64,000 nt of DNA from an uncultured bacterium (GTDB lineage Bacteria > Krumholzibacteriota > Krumholzibacteriia > JACNKJ01), in NCBI GenBank assembly GCA_963695095.1, contig CAVOFT010000001.1:864001-928000 (forward strand), in the 5' to 3' direction. Below are positions 40,856 to 51,496 of this stretch, piece by piece. Numbering within the stretch: position 1 is the stretch's first letter; each line of letters begins with the position of its first letter. The translations under genes and the position numbers were made by a program. The notes under the pieces were generated by a model. The model was not told where the DNA came from, made no database searches, and saw only the letters and a program-made list of their open reading frames with translations.

Positions 40856-40903
40856 GGAGAGACCTCGCCAGAACGAGGTCGCGGGAGGCGGGGAGAGGCC
40901 AGT

Positions 40904-40932
40904 ATTATACTATGGACCCGAGCGAAAGTCAA
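40904..40932 (-). promoter_or_regulatory. Near-consensus sigma70 promoter of the HNH gene
   Basis: Minus strand TTGACT(40932-27)-17 bp-TATAAT(40909-04). Confidence 0.8.
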
Positions 40933-41050
40933 GCTCATCGCTAATAGAAGAGCCATCGCCGCTGCATCGCGACAGGGCGTCTGGGCGGAGCAGAGGCGCT
41001 GCCTGTGCGCCTGTCTTGTGGCGGACCAAGGCTAGCCGTGCCCGCCCCGC

Positions 41051-42080
41051 TCAGCCGAGGGCGATGGCCAGGCGCGCGATCAGCGCATCGGGGCGGCCGG
41101 CCACGGGCAACCAGTCCCGCCACACCAGCGCGAGCTTGCCCTCATCGGGCAGGAGCACCAGCGTGTCCAGCTTGAAGGCCAGGGGCTGCGGCGCGCCGTC
41201 GCCCGCCGTGCCCTCGCCGGCGAGGCGCTCCCACTCGCCCGCGAGCTTGACCCCCGGCAGCGAGAAGCTGAGTTCGCCCTCCGGCGTCAAGCGCTTGAGC
41301 AGGACCTCCTCGTCCCCGCGCAGGTAGCCAGGCAGCTGCAGGTCCGGGTGGGCCGCGTTGTGGAAGTCCGGCTTGAAATCCAGCGGGGGCAACGGGCGCG
41401 CGCTCCTTCTGCCAGCGCTCGTCGTGAGTGCCCAGGTACTTCACACGGGGAAACCAGCCGCGCCCGTAGGTGCCGAAGCCCTGCGGCACCGGCCGGCTCT
41501 GCCAGCCCTTGATCAGCTGCTGCGGGTCTTCGAGATTCGGGGCCAGCGCCCCGTTCACGGACTGCTTGCGCTTCTTCCTGAAGTAGCCGCGCCCGATCGG
41601 GTTGCGCTCGCAGTAGCCGCCGCCCACCGTGTCGATGCCCCCGTAGGCGCGCTCGTAGACCAGCGGCATCGTGGCGAAGGGCGCGGGCGGGCCCAGGCGC
41701 GCGGACGCGAAGCGGCCGCCGCACTTCCAGCGCCGGTCGCCGAACACGCGGATGGCCTTGGCGAGCCGCCCCACCTGCAGCGAGACCTCCAGGGCCGAGG
41801 CCTGCGTGCCCGGCGGCGCGTAGGCGCTGCCGTTGAGGATCACGTCCGCCCGCGGCTTGAAAGGCGCCAGGTCGGACTCGAAGCGCAGGCTGCCGCCCTG
41901 CTTCTCGTCGATGAACTCGTCGCCGTAGCAGATGGGCAGCTGCTCGCCCGCGACCTGCGCGGCGCTGCCGGGCACGACCTGGAAGGTTCCCTTCACGATT
42001 ACCGTGAGGCCCTCGGCGCCATCCGGTCCGCGGCCGGGCACGAGGGCGATCTCGAAGGGCGTCTCGTTCTCCAGCTTCAT
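41051..42080 (-). CDS. DUF2169 T6SS effector adaptor; frameshift near 41395
   Basis: N.TPF, IVKGTF, ESD.APFKPRADV...G.AYAP, .PL.YERAYGG, NPIGRG, P.GFG.....W.PR....GT.D..W...R.P..P.DF....NAAH, LDTL........LVWR. Confidence 0.9.
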
Positions 42081-42105
42081 CGCGGGCCTCCCGAGCGCCT
42101 GCGCA

Positions 42106-42937
42106 TCATTTGAGCACCCCCGGCATGGGGATCACGGAACCCATCACCACCGGCCCCACCGGCACGAAGGGCGGCACGAAGGTGGGGATGGGCCCCATGC
42201 CGAGCACGCCCGTCACCATCGTGCTCGCCTTGAAGGTCTGGAAGACCGTGCCGAAGGCCTTGGCCAGGCACTCGAAGAGCATGGCCGCGTGGGCGGCCTC
42301 GGGGTCACCCAGGTTCCCCTCCATCTGCTTGGCGAGCGCGCTGGGCGAGAGCATGCGATTCGCCGGGCGAGCTGAGCGTGACCAGTGGCACGGGGACGTT
42401 CGGCGTCGGCGGGGCCATCGGCCCCGGGAAGGCGGCGAAGGCCGGGTACATGAGCTGGCCCATGAGCCCGGTCTGCCAGGTCTGCCAGGCCGTGCCGAAA
42501 GCGTTGGCGATGGCGTTCGTGTACTTCATCTCCATCGGGGTGGCCATCGGCGAGCCGGCGAGGATGAGCGGCGCCAGCGGCGGTCCCACCACACCGCCGG
42601 GGGTGAGCATGCCCACGGGGCCGTTGATGATCACGGTCGTGATCATCGTCATCTTCATCCAGTTGTCGATGCCGCCGCAGATGCCCTTGCTGACGCCGTC
42701 GATGTAGGCCTCGAGCAGGTCGGAGATGTCCTTGGCCGCGTCGACGTGGTACTTGTTCAGGCTCACTTCGCGCAGCAGGTTGGTGGGTGCGTTGGGCAGC
42801 GCGATCTGCTCGCTGGGGGCGAAGGCGTCGTCGAACTGGTCGCTGGGCTCCTCGTAGCCCTCCTGCAATTCCTTTTGCTTGGCGGCAAAGAGGGTCTTCG
42901 TCTGCTGGGCCAGGAGGCTGGCTTGCGGCGCGGGCAT
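42106..42937 (-). CDS. Conserved-looking hypothetical Pro/Gly/Met-rich T6SS-associated protein; frameshift near 42355
   Basis: ORFs 42305..42937 and 42106..42354 join into one coherent ~277-aa product (YPAFAAFPGPMAPPTPNVP; GPIPTFVPPFVPVGPVV). It lies between PAAR and DUF2169. Confidence 0.7.
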
Positions 42938-42973
42938 CCTTCTCCTTCGCCCTTCCGGCGGCGGCCGGCGGGT

Positions 42974-43291
42974 CTAGCCGACCATCACGTCCGAGCTGCC
43001 CTCGATGAGGGTGCCCACGCCGCCGCAGTGCTTGGCCATGTCGCCCAGCCGATAGGCGCCCATGCCGTTGATCATCACGGTGACGCTGCCCAGCAGGGCC
43101 TCCCAGGTGTTCGGCCCGCAGCAGGCGGTGTGGATGCCCTGGTCGCCCACGCGCAGGGCGGGCCGGCCGTTGACGAGCACGTCCGGCGAGCCGCAGACGG
43201 CCGGGCCGATGACCGGATGCGGACAGGCCGGGCAGCCGTGCACATCGATCGGCGCCATCGAGCGGTCGCCGAGGCGGCCTTGAGGGGGCAT
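42974..43291 (-). CDS. PAAR-domain spike tip protein (stand-alone, 105 aa)
   Basis: MPPQGRLGD, HGCPACPH, GSPDVLVNGRPALRVGD, V.ING..AYRLGD...HCGG.G....GS.DV.VG. ATG at 43291 with GGAGG RBS. Confidence 0.92.
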   Translation of the reverse strand: MPPQGRLGDRSMAPIDVHGCPACPHPVIGPAVCGSPDVLVNGRPALRVGDQGIHTACCGPNTWEALLGSVTVMINGMGAYRLGDMAKHCGGVGTLIEGSSDVMVG

Positions 43292-43433
43292 AGGAACCTC
43301 CGCGGGCGGGGCAGCCGGCGCCCTCGCCGGCCCGGACAGCCTAGCACAGCCGCCGCCGGGAACGCCAGCGGTGGCAGCAGCTAAGCGCGAGGAAGCAAAG
43401 CAGATGCCCGGCTCGGCAAAGCCGCCTTGTCGC

Positions 43434-43462
43434 TTGACTCCCCGCGGTCTCGGTTCTAGGGT
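43434..43462 (+). promoter_or_regulatory. Putative sigma70 promoter
   Basis: TTGACT(43434-39)-17 bp-TAGGGT(43457-62), upstream of the ATG at 43535. Confidence 0.45.
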
Positions 43463-43534
43463 GGTGGGGCGCGCGCACCCGATGCGCGGCGCCAGCGGCT
43501 CGGTCACGAGCCCGACCCTCGGGGAGGAGCGGAC

Positions 43535-46500
43535 ATGCACGAAGTGATGCAGCGCCTGGCCGTCGCCGGTCTGGCGGCCCTCGTCGTCGCGAGCCTGGCC
43601 CCGGGCCTCTGCGCCCAGCCGGAGTACCTCAGCGACCCCTCGCAGTTCATTTATCAGGCGGCGGTCGTCGATTTCGAGACCTTTCCCGACGGCAACACGG
43701 TGCCCTATTCCGACCCCAGCTTGACCGACCAGTGGAGCCAGGTGGGCTTCCTGATCGCCGACAGCTCGCCGAGCACCGGCGCCATGGCGATCAGCAACAC
43801 GTCGGCGCGATCTTCCCGCACAGCGGCACGCGCGGCCTGACCGACGGCCCCAGCAACCTGGGCGGCTTCCATCCGCTTCGACTTCGTGGACCAGCGCACG
43901 GGCCAGCCCACCGTGGTCTGGGAGACCGGCATCTGGGTGCAGAACGGCGACGCGGCCTCGACCGTGGCCTTCTACGACGGGAGCGGCGGCACGCTGGGCA
44001 GCTTCACCACCGCCGGCGCCGACGACTTCATCGGTCTGCGCGACCGCGAGGGCATCGCCGCCATCGAGATCAGCGACGGCGGCCAGTACATGGTGGACGA
44101 CCTCACCTTCTCACCCCGCTTCGCCGACGACAAGCTCTGGTCGCCGTTCAGCGCGGCCCAAGGCCTAAGCTCTTTCGTGCGCGAGTTGGAGGTCTATGAA
44201 GACCAGCTCTTCGTGGGCGGGGCATTTGCGAGCGCTGGCGGGGTAGCCGGCACAGCCCGTCTTGCTAGCTGGAACGGCGGATCCTGGAGCGGGCTGGGCA
44301 CCCAGCCCGACAACACGGTCTGGGCGATGACCGTCTGGGACGGCAAGCTCGTGGTCGGCGGCGAGTTCTCCAACTTGGGCAGCCGCGTCGCCGCCTGGAA
44401 CGGCACGGGTTGGGAGACCCTTGGCGCTGGTTTCAATGGCGTGGTCTACGATCTGCTCGTTTGGAACGACCAGCTCTACGCCTGCGGTGCATTCACGCTG
44501 TCGGGCGGCGCCGACGTGCGCTATGTAGGCCGCTGGAACGGTTCGGCCTGGGAGGGCCTGGGCACGCAGATTCCGACCGCTGTCTACGCCTTCGCAATGG
44601 CGGTGTATGAGAACCAGCTCATCGTCTGCGGCTTCCTCCCCTCGGCGCCCTTCGACCGCGACCTTGTCGCCTGGGATGGGAGCGCCTGGACGACCTTCCA
44701 GGGAGGGGGCAACGGCGAGATCGATGCCGTCTGCGTGTGGAACGGCGACCTCTATGTCGGCGGTGTTTTTTCTGAGATCGGCAATCCGCCGGTGGCTGCG
44801 CAGGGCATCGCGCGCTGGGACGGCGAGACCTGGGCACAGGTCGGCGAGAGCCTCGGCGGCAACTATGTCATGAAGCTCCAACCCTATGACGGCGCCCTGC
44901 TCGCCGTGGGTCGCTTCAGCGGTCCGACTGTCGATCCCTTCGGCGAGATCAACGGCATCGGGCTCTGGGATGGCGTCAGCGGTGCCTGGCGCCCCCTGGG
45001 CAGTGGATCCCCTTCAACCAAGACATCTGGGATGCACAGGCGTATCAGGGCGCCCTCTACGTGGGCGGCGAGTTCAACACCATCGGCGGCCAGTCCGACG
45101 TCGGCTACCTGGCGCGCTGGGACGGCCCGGTGGAGTTCCCGGTGGTGACGCTGCCCACTGCCGTGGCGCCGGTCGGACAGCCCTTCACCTTCCGAGTGAA
45201 CGCCAGCGACAACTACGATGTGCAGTCGGTCACCCTGCACTACCGCCGCGGCGGCCAGCCCAACTTCAGCGCGGTCGACTTGGCGCCGGAGGCCGGGCGG
45301 GACGGCACCTACAGCGCCCAGCTCGCGCCCGCGCTGATCACCACGAGCGGCCTGGAGTACTTCGTGGAAGTCTCCGACGGCGCCTTCACCACCGTGGCGC
45401 CGGCCACGGCGCCGGTGATTCCGGGCTTCCTCGCCACCAGCTTCAGCGCCAGCCTGGCCGCGCCGACGGCGAACGAGTACGTGCTGTTCGGCTTTCCCTT
45501 CCGGCCGACGGGCAGCCCGGCCCAGGTCATCGAGGACGACCTGGGCGCCTACAATCCCGCCAGCTGGCGCCTGGGCCGCTATCAGCCGACAGGCACCAGC
45601 ACCGGCAGCTATCGCGAGTACCCGAACGTCGGCGCCTACCCGAATCCCGACGGCAGCTTCCAGCCCGGAAACGGCTACTGGCTGATCCAGAAGGAGCCCA
45701 AGGTCGTGGATGCCGGCGCGACGGCCACGAGCACCGCCGCCGGCGTCACGCTGCGCCTGACCTCGGGCTGGTCGATGATCGCGACGCCCTACATGTTCCC
45801 GGTGCGCTGGAGCGACGTCGGCCTCGATCCCGGCATCGAGAACCAGCTCTGGGGCCTGGTGGCCGGCAGCGCGCCCGACTACGCCTATCAACTGCGGACG
45901 CGCATGGAGCCCTGGCAGGCCTACTGGGTGCACAACGCCTCGGCTTCGCCCCAGTTCATCAACATCCCCGGCATCGACGCGACGGCCTTCGCGGCCCGGC
46001 CGGCGCCGGCGCCCGACCACGTCTGGGCCCTGCGCCTGCGGCCCGCGGGCAGCGAGGGCCACGGCGCCCTCGCCGCGGTGAACGCGCAGGGTAGCAGCGG
46101 GCTGGACGCCTTCGATGCGCACTGCCCGCCGGCGATGCCCGGCGCTCCCTCGCTCTCCTTCCTGCTGGAAGCGGACGGCGAGGAGCAGGAGCTGGCGATC
46201 GACACGCGCGGCGACTTCACGGCCACGGGCGGCGCCCTGTGGACGCTGGGCGTCAGCGGCCGCGCGGGCGGCGAGCATCTCGTGCTGGCCGTCGAGGGCC
46301 TCGAGTCGCTGCCGCCGGAGCTGGCGGCTCAGCTCATCGGCCCCAGCGGTCTGCGCGTGGACCTGCGCGCCACGCCCGCGCCGCGCCTGCCGCTCGATGC
46401 GGCGGGCCGCACGCGGGTAACCCTGGCCGTGGGTACGGCGGCCTTCGTCGAGCAGGCCGCCGACGATCAGGCGGCGGCCGCGACGGGCACCCACCTGGCG

Positions 46501-46761
46501 GCCAACTACCCGAATCCCTTCAATCCCAAGACCACCCTGCCCTTCAGCCTGGCGGCGCCGGCCGCGGTGCGCCTGGCGATCTACGACGTCACGGGTCGCC
46601 TGCAGCGCACCCTGGTGGATGGGCTGCTGCCGGCCGGCGAGCACTGGGTGAACTGGGACGGCCGCGACGAGGCGGGGAGCGAGCTGGCCAGCGGCGTCTA
46701 CTTCAGCCGCTTCGAGGCGGGCGCCGTGAGCGAGGTGCGCAAGCTGCTCTTGCTGCGATAG
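43535..46761 (+). CDS. Large secreted protein: beta-sandwich, W(N/D)G-repeat beta-propeller, Ig-like domains and C-terminal FlgD-Ig sorting domain; frameshifts near 43800-43870 and 45030
   Basis: Signal peptide in 43535..43840. Repeats 'L.VGG.F......(A)RW(N/D)G..W..LG' in 43886..45148, continuing in 45061..46761. Ends NYPNPFNPKT...IYDVTGR...WDGRD..G..LASGVYF...KLLLLR. Confidence 0.8.
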
Positions 46762-46957
46762 GGCTATCCGGCCGCGCAGTCTGATTCCGAGTCCCGCTGG
46801 GGCTTGCCTGAACGGCTAGAGGTGATCGTCATTCCAAGCTGACACACGGCATCTCTGCAGAATACTCGAGTCAGCGGCTTGACAGTGCCGCAGGTCGCAT
46901 CCAACACCATGTTTGGCACGGCAAGATCAGATCTGCCGCCAACAGGGGAGGGGATGG

Positions 46958-47170
46958 ATGTGCCGGCCCTTCGCAATCCTAGTCCTCATGGCCCTCATAT
47001 TGATCCAAGCGTCACCCGCCCATGCGCTCCTGGACTGCGGGTACGCCGAAGGAGACAGCCTCAACGTCGACGAAGAGCTCCTGCGGCAGCCGCCCTATCA
47101 CACCGTCAACCCGGAGCTCCTCTCAACGAACCCACGCTTCGCGAACACGTTCTTCATCTGGACGAGCTGA
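46958..47170 (+). CDS. Small signal-peptide-bearing protein or truncated remnant
   Basis: GGGGAGG RBS, MCRPFAILVLMALILIQASPAHA signal peptide, 70 aa. Lower-GC context. Confidence 0.4.
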   Translation: MCRPFAILVLMALILIQASPAHALLDCGYAEGDSLNVDEELLRQPPYHTVNPELLSTNPRFANTFFIWTS

Positions 47171-47208
47171 TTGCAGGAGTGCGCCTCTTGTACGATGACT
47201 AGATTGCC

Positions 47209-47883
47209 ATGAGCATCGAGAGGCTGGCGACTATGACGAGATTCCAGGCAACCACCAATTCACTCTTGCTTCTTCTGTGGCTCATTCCCGGAGCCAGTCT
47301 GGGTGCCGTGTACCAGAGTTTCGCGCATTACGATGAGGACGAGTTGCCAGGAGCGGCCCTGCCGAGCAGCACATCATCCGTCTACGGTGTGTTTTTCTAC
47401 CCGACCCTCGACATCCACCCCATCTTCACAATCGAGCGCTTCCGTTTCTGGCATCGCGAGCAGAACGACATTCCCGACCCCTATCGGCTCCACATCGTGG
47501 TAAGAAACACGAGTTCGGGCGACATCTTCGAGCTCGGCACCATCGAGGGTCTGATGACGACTTGCACGAACTGCTGGGAGGAGGTGGCAGTCGAGCGCTC
47601 ATTCTGGGATAGCTCAACGCCCTCATGGTCCTATGGAGTCTTCGTGCAACCCCAAGGGCAGGGAGGACCGGTCTATGCTGAGCCAGGAGTGCGCCGCGAC
47701 TTCAGCGTCTCCGCGCCTCTGGTCAACCTAATGGCGGACTATAACACCTGGTCGGGCTTTCACAATCTCGAGTACATGGAGGACTACTACGGCGGCGACT
47801 TCTTCATGGCGGTCATCGTCCGCTACGACGTGACCACCGCCACCGTCGCCTCCTCGATGTCCGCCATCAAGGCGCTCTACTAG
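47209..47883 (+). CDS. Secreted hypothetical protein with C-terminal 'TATVASSMSAIKALY' tail
   Basis: Hydrophobic signal (LLLLLWLIPGASLG), beta-rich aromatic body, atypical codon usage. Confidence 0.7.
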   Translation: MSIERLATMTRFQATTNSLLLLLWLIPGASLGAVYQSFAHYDEDELPGAALPSSTSSVYGVFFYPTLDIHPIFTIERFRFWHREQNDIPDPYRLHIVVRNTSSGDIFELGTIEGLMTTCTNCWEEVAVERSFWDSSTPSWSYGVFVQPQGQGGPVYAEPGVRRDFSVSAPLVNLMADYNTWSGFHNLEYMEDYYGGDFFMAVIVRYDVTTATVASSMSAIKALY

Positions 47884-47912
47884 CCGCCTCAAGCCAGCTC
47901 CATGGCGGCGGC

Positions 47913-50900
47913 TCAGGGACTCAAGCGCGCCGGGCAGCGGTACTCGAAGAAGCCCGCGGCGAAGGGGTGCACCGCGCTCGCCGCCCGCAGCTCGTAGGGC
48001 ACGGCCACGCGGCAGTCGCCGCTCTTCTCCAGCGTCCAGGTCACCTTGAGCCGGCGCCCGTCGATGGACTCCAGGCGCGCGCGCTCGAGCAGGCGAAAGA
48101 GGCCCCAGGGACTGCCCTCGGCGCTCAGCGGCTCGGGCCCGGCCTTGGTGCAGCGCAGGGCCAGGCTGGCCTCGCGCCGCTCGCCCTCGCCGGGCCAGGT
48201 GAATTCGCGCGGCTGCGGGTGGCCCATCTCATAGAGCAGGCGGTTGTTGTCCAGGGTGAGGCGCGTGGCCTCGACCACCGGATCGCGGCCGGAGACGAGC
48301 TGCGGGCGGCCGGGCACCATCTCGAAGCGCAGGGAGAGCTTGTCGCCGCCGTCGCGGAAGAAGATGTCCCGATAGCGCTGGGCGCGCTCCAGGGCCGCCT
48401 TGGCCTCGGCGCCCAGCTCGAGCCCGAGGCCGTGCCGCAGCACCGGCTCCCCGTTGGCGCCGAGATAGGCGGCCAGCTCCTGGCGCGCGAACTCGGCGAG
48501 GACGCCGCGGGGGCCGAAGAAGTTGCTGAAGTCATCGAGGCTGGCATCCGGCCCGCTGGAGTAGAAGGGATAGCGGCGGTCCAGGGTCTGGCTGAAGGGA
48601 TCGAAGACCCGCGCCTTCCAGGCGGCATCGAGGTGTCGCGCGCTCTCGGCCAGGCAGGCGCGCCAGGCGCCCTGCGCCGGCCGCTTGAGGAACTCGCCCA
48701 GCGCATCGTTGCAGGCGGGCAGGCCGCCGCCCCCGGCGCGGTTGACCTGGCGCCGCGCCCGCTGCATCGACTTGCCCACGGCGCTCTCGTCCTGGCCGGG
48801 CGCGAGGGCCTGCATCAGCTCGCGCGTGAAGTCCGCGGCGGCGGCGGCGGGGTTCTCGGCGTCGCGCAGGTGCTCCAGCTCGCCGCTGAGCGCCTTGTAG
48901 TCGGCCAGGAACAGCTCGACCGGCTTGCCCTCCTCGTCGCCGTCCTTGGTCTTCTCGAAGAGCGCGTGCAGGGAGGCCCAGGCCGTCTCGATGCGGTCCA
49001 GGCCGCCGGCCTGGCCGAGCTGATCGTCGCGCAGGCGGAGCTGCTCGGCGGCGCTCTCGAGCAGGCGGCGGAAGGGCGAGTCCTTGTCGCCCAGGCGGTT
49101 GAGCTGGGCGGAGGCGGCCTGGAGACCGCTCGCGCGCGCCACGTCCACGCCGCGGAAGTAGGCGACCCAGGCGGCGATGTAGTCGTCCACGTAGAGCTTG
49201 AGCAGCAGGGACTGGATCGAGGCCTGCCGCTCGCCGAAGGCCTCGCGCAGCAGCCAGTCGTCGGCGAGCTGCTGGTCGCTGGCCTGGATGCGGCCCTTGA
49301 TCACCTCGCGCCAGCCGGCCAGCGTGAAGGCGCCGGGCACCTCGTCGCTGCCGCCGGTGGCCAGCGCGCCGCATCCGCGCCGAAGAGCTCGGCGCCGCCC
49401 GGCAGGCTGCTCGCGCGGAAGGCGGGCACCTTCTCGTTCGCGGCGTCGACCATCAGCGCGTAGAAGCGGTCCGGCTGCCAGAAGTCGCGGATGTAGGCGT
49501 TGGCCCGCTCGACGAGGCGGCGATCGGCGCCGGGCAGCGTGGCGCTGCGCGCCTCCAGGTCGCCGGGGTGCTGCCAGGCGTAGCGCAGGTGGTCGGCGAT
49601 CAGCTCGCGCGTGCGCTCGGAGGCCATCCCGTCGCCGCCCCAGAGCGCCTGCAGGGTGGGCACGAGCAGATCGGGATCGCCCTGCTCCGGATCGATGAGC
49701 ATGCGGTAGGCGCGATAGCCATTGTCGAAGGCCCGGTAGTCCTCGCTGCTCGTGGGGTACTCGCCCTGCAGGCGGGCCACGAAGCGCGCCGCGCTGGGCG
49801 CGAGCAGGGCCGCGTAGAGGCGGTCCACGTAGATCTCGCGGGCGCGGGTGTTGATCACCTGGCCGCGATAGAGGCCGAGGCCGAGGGCCGGCGAGCGGCG
49901 GCGGTCGCTGCCGTCCAGGCGCTGGAGCTGCTCGCGCAGGGGCTCCAGTCGGCCCAGCGCCTGCTCGAGCTCGGAGGCGTTCGGGCTCGCGCTGACGGCG
50001 AGCTGGCGCGCGCCTTCGGCCAGGGCCGTCGTGCGCGAGATGAGGGCGAGGTTGCGCCCGAAGGAGACGATCAGGAGCAGGCCGACGAGGCCCAGCAGCG
50101 CGAAGCCCAGGCTGCGCAGGCCGAGCCGGCGCACGCGCAGGCGCGACGCCAGACGCCGCGTGGGGCGAGCGAGCCGGAAGTCCGGCACCAGCACGCGCAG
50201 GAAGAAGGACCTGATGAAGTAGGCGCGACTCCGCGGCAGGGCGCCGCTGGCGTGGGGCGCGCTCGCCTGGCCGCCCAGGCCCACGACGCGGCTCACCTCG
50301 TTCAACACGGTCTGGCGGCTGGGTCCGGCCTGTGCCGCGCTGGTCAGGTAGAAGCCGCGCAGCAGGGGCCGCCGCCCGTAGGGGTCCGGCGCGCAGAGGG
50401 CGTCGACGAAAGTGCCCAGCCGCTCGCGCAGGGCGCGCAGCTCCAGCGGGAACAGGTAGATGTCGCTGCGCCGCTCGAGGCTGGCCTCGCGCGTGAGGCG
50501 GCCGACGCGCCGCTCGCAGAGCAGCGCGTAGAGCGCGTCGAACTCGGCGATGACCTGGGCGCTGGTCGCCGTGCTCTCGCGGCCGCCGAGGGGCAGCGTG
50601 GCGCCCCAGACCTGGCCCGCGCCGGCGGCGTCGAGGTCCTCGAAGCTGGCGGCGAAGCCATGCAGCTGGTCTGCCCGCGTCAGCACCAGGTAGACGGGGC
50701 ACTCGATCTGCAGCTGCTCGCCCAGCGCGTCCAGGCGCCGGCGCAGGACGGCGGCCTGGGCCGCGAGTTCGGCCGGCGGCAGCTCACGCAGGGCGTCCAC
50801 GGCGAGGGTGACGAGCACGCCCTGCAGCGCCACCTCGGGCCGCACCTTGCGCAGCGAGTCCAGGAAGGCGCGCCAGTCGCGCTCGGCGACCGCCGGCGCC

Positions 50901-51448
50901 GCCTCGAGGAAGTCCGCCTTCGCCTCGAGCAGCAGGCCCTGGCTGGTGAACCACCAGTCGCAGTAGCGCGAAGCGCCGATGCCCTTGAGCTCGCCCGCCT
51001 GCTGGCCGGGGAGCTGCAGGCCCGACTGCTGGATCAGCGCGCTGCGGCCCGTCCCCAGGCGCCCCAGGACCAGGTACCAGGGCAGGGCGCGCAGGGCGCG
51101 CTTGCCGCCGCCGGCCATCGGCGTGCGCTTGAGCGCTTCGAGGGCTTCGAGCAACTCGCGCCGCGCCGACTCGCGGCGTTGCTTCTCCTCGTCAGAGGCC
51201 GCGGCGGCGTGGCTGTCCGCCTCGATCACCAGGGACTTCTCGAGCTGGGCGCCGGCCTTGCGCTTGCGCAGCAGGCTGATCACCACCTGCGCGATGATGA
51301 ACAGCAGGGCGATGCCGATGAGGATGAACAGCTGCTGCCGCCGCGTGAGGCCGAAGCGATTGGCGAGCGTGTAGAGCGCCAGCAGCAAGAGCACGCAGAG
51401 AAAGCCGATCAGGACGCGCGGGCTCTTCAGCATGGAGAGGAATTGCAT
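47913..51448 (-). CDS. tssM: T6SS membrane complex subunit TssM/IcmF; frameshift near 49360
   Basis: Two N-terminal TMs, LPWYLVLG, CDWWF, PVYLVLT..D...GF, QVWG.TL, LLRGFYLTSA.Q, YF...FF..V, third TM, VPGAFT..GW, RYPF, DF..FFGP.G, WG.FRL. Confidence 0.92.
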
Positions 51449-51496
51449 GACCTACGCCTGTCTCGTGGGTGAGGCCGCCGCGCGGCCGAGGACGGC

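Larger units (their letters stand above)
39725..41035. mobile_element. Transposase-less insertion element carrying an HNH nuclease gene, with terminal inverted repeats and duplicated CTAG
   Basis: CTAGCCTTGGTCCG (39725-38) is the perfect reverse complement of CGGACCAAGGCTAG (41022-35). Similarity extends imperfectly over ~55 bp. CTAG is present at both ends. Confidence 0.75.

Noticed and set aside
23629..43291. Extracellular contractile injection system or prophage tail
   Set aside because: TssJ/L/M membrane complex, TssK, TssA and ClpV are present. No capsid, terminase or Afp-type genes were seen.
46913..46930. Sigma54 promoter at TGGCACG
   Set aside because: The -12 TTGC element is missing at the required spacing.
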